Below are positions 29,637 through 37,376 of a stretch of DNA of 64,000 nucleotides, piece after piece. Position numbers and translations under genes: made by a program. How positions within the stretch are numbered: position 1 is the first letter of the stretch; every line of letters begins with the position of its first letter. The notes below the pieces were generated by a model. The model had not been told where the DNA came from and made no database searches. It worked only from the letters and a program-made list of their open reading frames with translations. The stretch is from positions 288,001 to 352,000 of the forward strand of contig CAXXET010000004.1 of assembly GCA_963666115.2 (NCBI GenBank). Direction: 5' to 3'. Source of the DNA: Dehalococcoidia bacterium. Lineage in GTDB: Bacteria > Chloroflexota > Dehalococcoidia > UBA6926.

Positions 29637-31133
29637 ATGATGCGTCGCATGAGCACTCCAGTCAATGACCCTGGCGAGTCGTCACGGAAGTCTGCCCGGT
29701 GCCGCGTGGCGAAAATCGTGGTGTGCGTCGTGGGCAGCCTCACCTTGCTGATACTTGCCATCCCAATAGTCTGGATTGGCTATAATGTCGTAGGCTGCTG
29801 GATGGGGCAAGGCCTCTGGTGTCCTGGGTCCGCGCATGACAAAGACGAACCGCCTTACCTCAGGTATGATCTTCAATGGTCACCAGATGGCGAGTACATC
29901 GTATTTGCCGACAACCGGAGCACTCATAGTGTTACGGCAAATGGAACCTCTCTGCATCTGATTCAAGAGAGGATCAATCACAATCAGGATGATTTTTCGA
30001 TATCCATATCGCCGGACGGATCACGAGTTGTTTACTCCACTTACGAATATCCAAAGCGAGAAACGCCACCTCTTCGTAAGAATGACGAAATCGCAACATC
30101 AAGAATGGATGGCTCTGACCGCAAAAGGATTACAGAAACCCAAGTTTTTGACAATTATCCGAGCTGGTCGCCCGATGGCAAGTTCTTCGCATTGCTCAGG
30201 TTTCCACATTCACAAAATGCAACTTCGAAAGGGGGGCTCTATATGGTCGCCGCAGATGGTTCCGATCCAAAATTGCTTCTGCTGTTGCCATACAGCCTGT
30301 CTTCCTTGACGAAACCTGTAAGTGTTTCTGGCGTACCCACTCTCGTACCCGGGCCACTTAGCGATTTTCCACAGGGTGACCATAGAGGGCCCATTTGGTC
30401 ACCAAGCGGTGAAATGCTTGCTTTCTCCGGCTCGCTGTACCATTGGCGCCCCCAAGCCCATAGTATTTATGTGATAAATTCTGATGGTACTGGCCTATCC
30501 GCCGTGTTCTCAGCATCCGGAGTTATAGAGACAAAAGACTCGGGCAGGAACTCCCTGCTCTACGCAGCTGACCTCATCATCGGAACGCCGGCTTGGTCTC
30601 CTGACAGTAAGAAACTCGCGCTCATGCGGTATATTGAGGACGACTATGGAGAGCTCATGGGAGAAGAGTACTCGATTGCAGGCGAACCCGGTCTGGCTCT
30701 CTATGAAGTAGGCGTAGATGGTACAGATTTTCGTGAGATCGTGAAGCTCGGTCCACGTTTCGCATGTGATGGCGCGGTAGCCTGGTCGCCGAATGAGCCC
30801 AGCATTCTCGTTTCTTACTTTCAGCCCAACAGACCGCAAAGCAGGTTCTGTGGAGATATTAATCATGACTCGGATCAGGGGCATGTGCATGTCGTCGACG
30901 TGACCAGTGGCAATGCGCAACGGATTGGCGAGGGCGCGCATGCAGTCTGGTCTCCTGATGGATCAAGGGTCGCCGTCTTCAATCCGTTCTCAGATGACGT
31001 CATCTACACCGCCAACCCGGACGGCTCCGACATACAGGCGCTTGTAAAGCGAAACGAGGACGGCGAGCTTGTGGCGGCCAATCGTAGGTGTGTGCTGTTC
31101 TTCTGCTGGAGTGTTGCCCCGGCTGGAGTATGA
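29637..31133 (+). CDS. Membrane-anchored TolB-like (PD40) beta-propeller protein, paralog 2
   Basis: As paralog 1; shared C-terminal NRRCVLFFCWSV. Confidence 0.8.
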   Translation: MMRRMSTPVNDPGESSRKSARCRVAKIVVCVVGSLTLLILAIPIVWIGYNVVGCWMGQGLWCPGSAHDKDEPPYLRYDLQWSPDGEYIVFADNRSTHSVTANGTSLHLIQERINHNQDDFSISISPDGSRVVYSTYEYPKRETPPLRKNDEIATSRMDGSDRKRITETQVFDNYPSWSPDGKFFALLRFPHSQNATSKGGLYMVAADGSDPKLLLLLPYSLSSLTKPVSVSGVPTLVPGPLSDFPQGDHRGPIWSPSGEMLAFSGSLYHWRPQAHSIYVINSDGTGLSAVFSASGVIETKDSGRNSLLYAADLIIGTPAWSPDSKKLALMRYIEDDYGELMGEEYSIAGEPGLALYEVGVDGTDFREIVKLGPRFACDGAVAWSPNEPSILVSYFQPNRPQSRFCGDINHDSDQGHVHVVDVTSGNAQRIGEGAHAVWSPDGSRVAVFNPFSDDVIYTANPDGSDIQALVKRNEDGELVAANRRCVLFFCWSVAPAGV

Positions 31134-31143
31134 CGGGCGTGCC

Positions 31144-31452
31144 GTGAAATCACTTGACCAGTTGCGCAGCCATTTGATTGCGCGTGAGTTCGACTACTCC
31201 AAGCACGCGTTGGAGCGCGCGGCCTTCAGGAACATTAGTGAGCGAGAAATAAGGGAGGCGGGGGACGGTTGCACGGTCATTGAAGACTACCTGGACGACC
31301 ATTACGGGCCAAGCGCCCTCCTGCTGGGATTCACTGCGTCAGGCCGGCCGATTCACATCGTCGTTTCCTTAGCCGACACGCCGCGCGTGAAAATCGTTAC
31401 ACTGTATGAGCCTGATGAAGAGCTTTGGATCGACTACGCCACGAGGAGATAG
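31144..31452 (+). CDS. DUF4258-family putative toxin
   Basis: YSKHALER, VIEDY.DD.YGPSALLLG, RPIHIV, IVTLYEPD. Confidence 0.8.
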   Translation: MKSLDQLRSHLIAREFDYSKHALERAAFRNISEREIREAGDGCTVIEDYLDDHYGPSALLLGFTASGRPIHIVVSLADTPRVKIVTLYEPDEELWIDYATRR

Positions 31453-31454
31453 CC

Positions 31455-31685
31455 ATGTACGCGTGCGCGGTCTGTCACGGGGATAACAGCCGTGAAGAAA
31501 TCGTCGACGAGGTGCTCAACCTCGGTGGTCGCTACGCGCTCGTGAGTGGAGTGCCCGCAACTGTGTGCGGCAACTGTGGGGAGCGATCATTCAGCCCAGA
31601 AACGACGGAAAGGGTGCGCCTGCTCGTCAATTCTCCGGTTGCCTCCGGCGAATCCATCACCATGGAGCGCTACGAATTCGCTTAG
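31455..31685 (+). CDS. YgiT/MqsA-type zinc-finger putative antitoxin
   Basis: CAVC..VPATVCGNCGE; RBS GAGGAG; paired with DUF4258. Confidence 0.82.
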   Translation: MYACAVCHGDNSREEIVDEVLNLGGRYALVSGVPATVCGNCGERSFSPETTERVRLLVNSPVASGESITMERYEFA

Positions 31686-31795
31686 AGCGTCTCGGCGGAC
31701 GCTTCGCCCTCAGAACCCTGCTATCCAACCAATCCCCGGCTCGAATTCCACGGCTATGGCTACTGCTATCCCCTCTTCGGCGAGGGGGGCGGTCA

Positions 31796-31884
31796 CCTTT
31801 CGACAGGCTCAGGGTGACCGGGGGGGCTGAGGGTAGTGGTTTGGGGGATAATGTTGAGGGATTCTTCGCTGCGCTCAGAATGAC
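31796..31884 (+). repeat. Family C (31796-31818) and family A (31860-31884) palindromes
   Basis: CCTTTCGACAGGCTCAGGGTGAC; GATTCTTCGCTGCGCTCAGAATGAC. Confidence 0.85.
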
Positions 31885-31917
31885 AACCGGGGTGGTTTGG
31901 GGTGATGGGGCTTTGGG

Positions 31918-32793
31918 ATGAGTGATTATCCTTTGGGGGAGGGGTTTGTTTCTGTTGAGGGGATGCGGCTCCAGTTTGTGGAGGCCGGGCCTTCGAATGG
32001 GCCGCCTGTGGTGTTTTTGCACGGGATCGGCGGGGGCATCGAGGATTGGTGGGCGAACCTCGGTTATTTCGGCGAGCAGGGGTATCACGTGCTCGCGCCG
32101 AGTATGCCGGGGCATGGGAAATCGGAGTATCACCCCGATGAATGGGATCCAGCGGAGAGCGGCAAGACAGTCATCGCGCTGCTGGACGCATGGGGCATCG
32201 ATTCCGCGCCCCTGATCGCGCACTCGGCCGGCGGGATTGCGGCGATACTGGCCGCGCTGGAGTTTCCCGAACGGGTGGAGTCGCTGGTGCTGGCCGCGCC
32301 TGGCGGGCTGACGCGCAAGATGGGGTGGCCGCTGCGGCTCGTGACCATCCCGTTCGTAGGGGAGGCGATGTGGCATCCGCGGCTGCTGGCCGGACACCGC
32401 GCCCGCAAGACGATCTTCGCGGATGAGAACCTGGTGAATCACACGATCATGGACGAGTGGGTGGCGCGGCACCGCGACCCGCAACAGCGCAAGGCGTTCT
32501 TTGACCTGCTTCGCAGGGGAATGGATATTCGCGGGATGAAGCGGCCCTATAACCTGCGGGGGCGGGCGCGGGATGTGCGTTGCCCGACGCTCATCTTCTG
32601 GGGGCGGGAGGATATGATTGTGCCTTCGCCGGAGACACGGGACGGGCGGTTAATGACGTGGCCGGAGGCGGAATTCCGGGAGCTATCGCCGTGCGCGCAT
32701 TGGCCGCAGGTGGAGCAGGCGGAGGTTTTTAACAGGGAGGCGGCGGGGTTTTTGGCACGGGCGGGGGTGGATTCTTCGCTGCGCTCAGAATGA
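31918..32793 (+). CDS. Alpha/beta-fold hydrolase; stop supplied by family A repeat (32770-32794)
   Basis: VVFLHGIGG, PGHGKS, AHSAGG nucleophile, CAHWPQVEQ. Confidence 0.9.
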   Translation: MSDYPLGEGFVSVEGMRLQFVEAGPSNGPPVVFLHGIGGGIEDWWANLGYFGEQGYHVLAPSMPGHGKSEYHPDEWDPAESGKTVIALLDAWGIDSAPLIAHSAGGIAAILAALEFPERVESLVLAAPGGLTRKMGWPLRLVTIPFVGEAMWHPRLLAGHRARKTIFADENLVNHTIMDEWVARHRDPQQRKAFFDLLRRGMDIRGMKRPYNLRGRARDVRCPTLIFWGREDMIVPSPETRDGRLMTWPEAEFRELSPCAHWPQVEQAEVFNREAAGFLARAGVDSSLRSE

Positions 32794-32847
32794 CAGACGG
32801 GGCGGAAAAGGGATTGGTTTGGCGGGGGTCGGGGGCATATAATCGGC

Positions 32848-35800
32848 GTGGAGACCATGTTCACGCACCTGCACACCCATTCGGAGTTCAGCCTGCTGGA
32901 TGGCTTGTGCCGCATTCCCGACCTCGTCGGGCACGCCTGTGAACTTGGATTCGAGTCGCTTGCCCTGACCGATCACGGGAGCCTGTACGGCGTCGTCGAT
33001 TTCTATCGAGAGGCCCAAGAGGCGGGGATCAAGCCAATCATTGGCGTTGAGGCGTACGTCGCGCCAGGGAGCAGGACGGATCGCACGCCGGGCAACAATC
33101 AGCCGTATCATCTCGTCCTCCTCGCCAGGAATGACGAGGGGTACCACAACCTGCTGCGGCTTGTCAGCATCGCCCACCTGGAAGGCTTCTACTACCGGCC
33201 GCGGATGGACCGGGAGGTGCTGGAGCAGTACGGGGCGGGGCTGATCGCGCTGTCGGCGTGCATGGCAGGCGAGGTAGCCCGGGCGCTGACGGAAGGCCGG
33301 CTTGACGATGCGCGAGAGGCGGCGCTGTGGCACAAGAAGACGTTTGACGGGTATTACATCGAGATCCAGCGGCACCCGGGCATTGCGGAGCTTGACCGGC
33401 TGAACGCCATGCTGCTCGACCTGGCGCAGGAACTGGATATTCCCATTGTCGCAACGAATGACCTGCACTACACGCGGCGCGAGGATTCGGACGCGCACGA
33501 CGTGCTGCTGTGCATCCAGACGAACTCTACTGTCGATGACACGAACCGGATGCGGATGGACGACGACGGTTTCTACCTGAAGTCCGAGGCGGAGATGCGG
33601 GAGTTGTTCGCGGATCTGCCGGAGGCGATTGAGAACGCGGGACGCATCGCGGACGAGTGCAACCTTGAGTTGGAGTTCAACCGGCTGCTGCTGCCGCAGA
33701 TTGAACTGCCGGACGGGCTGTCGTCGTTCGAGTACCTCGAGCAGCTCTGCTACGAGGGATTTGAGCAAAGATACGCGGAATACGCGGACACGGAGGGGGC
33801 GCGCCAGCGCGTGGCGTATGAGCTGGACGTTATCCGCCAGATGGACTTCGCCGACTATTTCCTGGTGGTGTGGGACCTGGCGGCGTACGCGCGCAAGCAG
33901 GGAATCCTGGTGGGGGTGCGGGGGAGCGCGGCGGCCAGCGCGGTCCTGTACTGCCTCTATATCACGAATATCGAGCCGCTGCGCTATGACCTCGTCTTTG
34001 AGCGATTCCTGAATCTTGAGCGCAAGGAGATGCCGGATATCGACCTGGACATCGAGGACGAGCGGCGGGATGAGTTGATCGACTACGTGACGCGGCGGTA
34101 CGGACAGGACCGCGTGGCGCAGATCATCACGTTTGGGACGTTCGGGGCGCGGGCGGGCATCCGCGACGTCGGGCGGGCGATGGGGATGTCGTTCAACGAC
34201 GTGGACCAGGTGGCGCGGCTGCTGCCGGCGGGCGCGCATCCGTCATCGTTGCAAGACGCGCTCGACCGGCTGCCGCAGTTCAGGGAGGCCTACGACGGCG
34301 ACGAGACGGTGCAGAAGCTGGTCACGACGGCTATGCAGCTGGAGGGCATCGCGCGGAACGCGAGCACGCACGCGGCGGGGGTGGTGATCTCACGGGAACC
34401 GCTGGTCAACGTGGTGCCGCTCCAGCGGCCGGTGAAGAGCGCGGGTTCAGACGACGACGGCGTGCCGATGACGCAGTGGGACATGCACCGCGTGGCGGAG
34501 GCGGGGCTGCTCAAGCTCGACCTGCTGGGGCTGACGAACCTGACGACGCTGGCGCGGACGCGCGACCTGATCGAGCAGCGGTACGGCAAGCGCATCGACA
34601 TCGACTCAATTCCCCTTGACGATGCGAAGACCTTCGACCTGCTGTCCGCCGGCAAGACGATGGGCATCTTCCAGCTTGAGGGACAGGGGATGACGCGGTG
34701 GATACAGCGGCTGCAGCCGCAGACGTTGAATGAAATTTCGGCGATGATCGCGCTGTACCGGCCGGGGCCGATGGAGCATATACAGCACTATATCGACAGC
34801 AAGAAGGGCAAGATTTCCGTCACGTTTCCGCATGACGACCTAGCCGATATTTTGCATGAGACGTACGGCGTGATCGTGTACCAGGACCAGGTGCTGCAAA
34901 TTGCGCAGCGCTTTGCGGGGTACAGCCTCGGCCAGGCGGACATCGTGCGCAAGGCCATGGGCAAGAAGGTGCGGGAGATCATGGAGGCGGAGGAGCAGGG
35001 CTTCCTCGACGGGGCGCTGCAACAGGGGTACTCGCAGACCCAGGCGCGGGACATCTTCAAGCTCATCGAGCCGTTCGCGGGATACGCGTTCAACAAGGCG
35101 CACAGCGTGAGCTATGCGTACATCGCGTACCAGACGGCGTATTTCAAGGCGAACTATCCGCGTGAATACATGGCATCCCTGCTGAACGCGCATTTGGGGT
35201 CGCAGGACCGGGCGGGGGCGGACGCGGAGGAGTGCCGGACACTCGGGCTGACGGTCGCGCCGCCAAGCGTGAATGCAAGCACGGAGGAGTACTCAATCGA
35301 CGATGCCGCCGACCCCAACGACGACGCATCCGGGGAGGACGCGGTCATTCGCGTGGGGCTTTCGGCAATCAAGAACGTGGGGTACGGGGCGGCACAGTCG
35401 CTGGTGTCTGAACGAAAGGCGAACGGGCCGTTCAAGGACCTGGGCGACTTCATCGGGCGGGCGGATTTGACGTCGCTCAACCGGCGCGGGCTGGAGAACC
35501 TGGTCAAGGCGGGGGCGCTGGACGACCTGGGGGAACGCGCGACGCTGCTTGAGAACGTGGAGCGCATCCTGTCGTCGTCGGCACAGCAACAACGTCAGCG
35601 CAATTCGTCGCAAACAAGCATGTTCGACGCGATGGCAGACGACCCTGCCCTGTCGATCCCAAGCATCGAGCTAGCGGAGGCAGAGCAACCGGCGTCGAAT
35701 GAGGAGAAGGGGTCGTGGGAGAAGGAGTTGATGGGAATCCACTTCTCCAACGATCCGTACCGGGTGCTGCGCGCGGCGCGGTTGCCAGATGACCTAACGC

Positions 35801-36573
35801 CATGCACCAACGTCTCCGCCGAAATGGAAAGGGACAAGATTAACCTGGCGGGGATTGTGACGGCCGTGCGGACGTTTATGGTTCGCGAGAAAAATGCCGC
35901 TTCCGTCACGCTGAATGATCAATCAGGCGCCGCCACGGTGACTATCTGGCCGGAGCAATATGAGAAGTCGATGGACACATGGCAGATGAACACGCCGGTG
36001 CTTATTAGGGGAACCGTGCGTGTCCGCCAGGACGAGCCGTCCATCAATTGCGAAGAGTTCACCGTGCTGGAAGTGAGCGCGGAAGACCTTAAGGCTGCTC
36101 CGCCTGCTCCCCCGGCGGTGAACGGGCATTCATCCGCCAACGCAGTCAAAGACGAAAGCACGGACGGCGGCGCGGCGGTCGCTGAGCCTGTTCCTGTCGC
36201 AACAGAGGATGCGCCTAAGCAGGAGGCTGAGCCGGAACCGGAGAAGGGTGACGCGCCTGCTACAACGGACGTAAAGGCAGAGCGCGCGCCTGCCGTGGAG
36301 AAGCCATCGAATGGCGCGGCGGCGCGGGTGTTGATCTCCGTGATGCTGCACGAGACGCAGGACGAGGAGGCCGACGTTGACCGGCTGAACAGGGTTGTAC
36401 AGGCGTTGCGCGCACATCCGGGAGAGAGTCCGGTTCAGCTGGTGATCATGCAGCAGGGCGAGCAGTCCGTTATTACGATGGAATTCCGGACGGCTCACTC
36501 GGAGGAGTTGGAAACCGAGATCGCGGGGATTCTGGGCGGCAGTTTCCTGACGGTTCAGCCGCTGCTGATGTAG
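32848..36573 (+). CDS. dnaE: DNA polymerase III alpha subunit
   Basis: HLHTHSEFSLLDG PHP domain, RGSAAAS, MPDIDLD, STHAAGVV, YAFNKAHS. Confidence 0.97.
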   Translation: METMFTHLHTHSEFSLLDGLCRIPDLVGHACELGFESLALTDHGSLYGVVDFYREAQEAGIKPIIGVEAYVAPGSRTDRTPGNNQPYHLVLLARNDEGYHNLLRLVSIAHLEGFYYRPRMDREVLEQYGAGLIALSACMAGEVARALTEGRLDDAREAALWHKKTFDGYYIEIQRHPGIAELDRLNAMLLDLAQELDIPIVATNDLHYTRREDSDAHDVLLCIQTNSTVDDTNRMRMDDDGFYLKSEAEMRELFADLPEAIENAGRIADECNLELEFNRLLLPQIELPDGLSSFEYLEQLCYEGFEQRYAEYADTEGARQRVAYELDVIRQMDFADYFLVVWDLAAYARKQGILVGVRGSAAASAVLYCLYITNIEPLRYDLVFERFLNLERKEMPDIDLDIEDERRDELIDYVTRRYGQDRVAQIITFGTFGARAGIRDVGRAMGMSFNDVDQVARLLPAGAHPSSLQDALDRLPQFREAYDGDETVQKLVTTAMQLEGIARNASTHAAGVVISREPLVNVVPLQRPVKSAGSDDDGVPMTQWDMHRVAEAGLLKLDLLGLTNLTTLARTRDLIEQRYGKRIDIDSIPLDDAKTFDLLSAGKTMGIFQLEGQGMTRWIQRLQPQTLNEISAMIALYRPGPMEHIQHYIDSKKGKISVTFPHDDLADILHETYGVIVYQDQVLQIAQRFAGYSLGQADIVRKAMGKKVREIMEAEEQGFLDGALQQGYSQTQARDIFKLIEPFAGYAFNKAHSVSYAYIAYQTAYFKANYPREYMASLLNAHLGSQDRAGADAEECRTLGLTVAPPSVNASTEEYSIDDAADPNDDASGEDAVIRVGLSAIKNVGYGAAQSLVSERKANGPFKDLGDFIGRADLTSLNRRGLENLVKAGALDDLGERATLLENVERILSSSAQQQRQRNSSQTSMFDAMADDPALSIPSIELAEAEQPASNEEKGSWEKELMGIHFSNDPYRVLRAARLPDDLTPCTNVSAEMERDKINLAGIVTAVRTFMVREKNAASVTLNDQSGAATVTIWPEQYEKSMDTWQMNTPVLIRGTVRVRQDEPSINCEEFTVLEVSAEDLKAAPPAPPAVNGHSSANAVKDESTDGGAAVAEPVPVATEDAPKQEAEPEPEKGDAPATTDVKAERAPAVEKPSNGAAARVLISVMLHETQDEEADVDRLNRVVQALRAHPGESPVQLVIMQQGEQSVITMEFRTAHSEELETEIAGILGGSFLTVQPLLM

Positions 36574-36577
36574 TTAT

Positions 36578-36799
36578 ATGGAATGGACGCACCTGGCGAC
36601 GATGGACGACCAGATCAGCGCGGAGCTGCTGGTCCAGGCCCTGCGGGATGAGGGCATCGAGGCGCTGGTCAACCAGGGTGATACGAGCAGCTTTCTTGGC
36701 GTGATGGGACAGCCGTGCCGCGTGATGGTGCGGGCGGACGCATGGGGGCGGGCGACGGCGCTGTTGGAGAAGTGGGATTCTTCGCTACGCTCAGAATGA
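36578..36799 (+). CDS. DUF2007-like small protein; stop supplied by family A repeat (36776-36800)
   Basis: AELLVQALRDEGIEA...RVMV pattern. Confidence 0.7.
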   Translation: MEWTHLATMDDQISAELLVQALRDEGIEALVNQGDTSSFLGVMGQPCRVMVRADAWGRATALLEKWDSSLRSE

Positions 36800-36827
36800 C
36801 ATTATGCGGTCAGAATGACATGGGGGG

Positions 36828-37286
36828 TTAGGAGTTCCAGGGGCCGATGATGTCCTCTGTGCGCCAGCCGCCGTAGAAGTCGCCATGAACCAACTCAACG
36901 GGAAGGTCATCGACGTATGCCGCGTCGAGCTTCCACGTATAGAAGGCCATGTACTCCCTGATGCCCTCGTACTCCTCTTTCGGGTTCACGTAGCTCCAGA
37001 TTGCCGCTTCCGCGTGCCGGTCACCGACACGGACGCCCCAGTAGCTGGCGGCGCCTTTGAAGGGTCAAGTGGAGGTGCGCTCCTCAGCGACAAGGAATTC
37101 CTGCCGCACGTCCTCAGGCGGAAAGTAGTAGACGGGCGGCATGTCCTTTTCAACGATGCGGACACCGCGCGTCGTTTCCGCAAGGATTTCCCCGCCGAAC
37201 TCTACGCGCAGCCGGCGGTTCACCGGCTGAACCGGGCCGGGAGACGGCGGGTAATCGGCTGCTGATTCGCGGTCGGCGGTTGTCAT
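36828..37286 (-). CDS. DUF427 (NTP_transf_9)-family protein, 152 aa, with in-frame TGA at codon 74; putative selenoprotein
   Basis: Frame continues past TGA (37065-37067) as ST-U-PFKGAASYW..AIWSYVNP..MAFY..GDFYGGW..IIGPWNS-TAA; U sits at the family TxCPxKG cysteine. Confidence 0.85.
37032..37055 (-). other. Candidate bacterial SECIS hairpin
   Basis: GGCGCC-G-CCA-GCUAC-UGG-GGCGUC stem-loop starting 9 nt after UGA; G-initiated loop about 19 nt from UGA. Confidence 0.55.
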
Positions 37287-37343
37287 TGGATTGCTCCTTT
37301 TGATTGTGGCGTATGGGGGGATTGTACGCCTTTTGGGGGGATA

Positions 37344-37368
37344 AATTCTTCGCTGCGCTCAGAATGAC
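37344..37368 (+). repeat. Family A palindrome downstream of mutL
   Basis: AATTCTTCGCTGCGCTCAGAATGAC. Confidence 0.85.
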
Positions 37369-37376
37369 ATTCGGGG

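Noticed and set aside
32785-34239. Long antisense ORFs (also 5454-6761, 7855-8841, 49988-51280, 54211-55686)
   Set aside because: Shadow frames of well-supported genes in high-GC DNA, with no recognisable motifs
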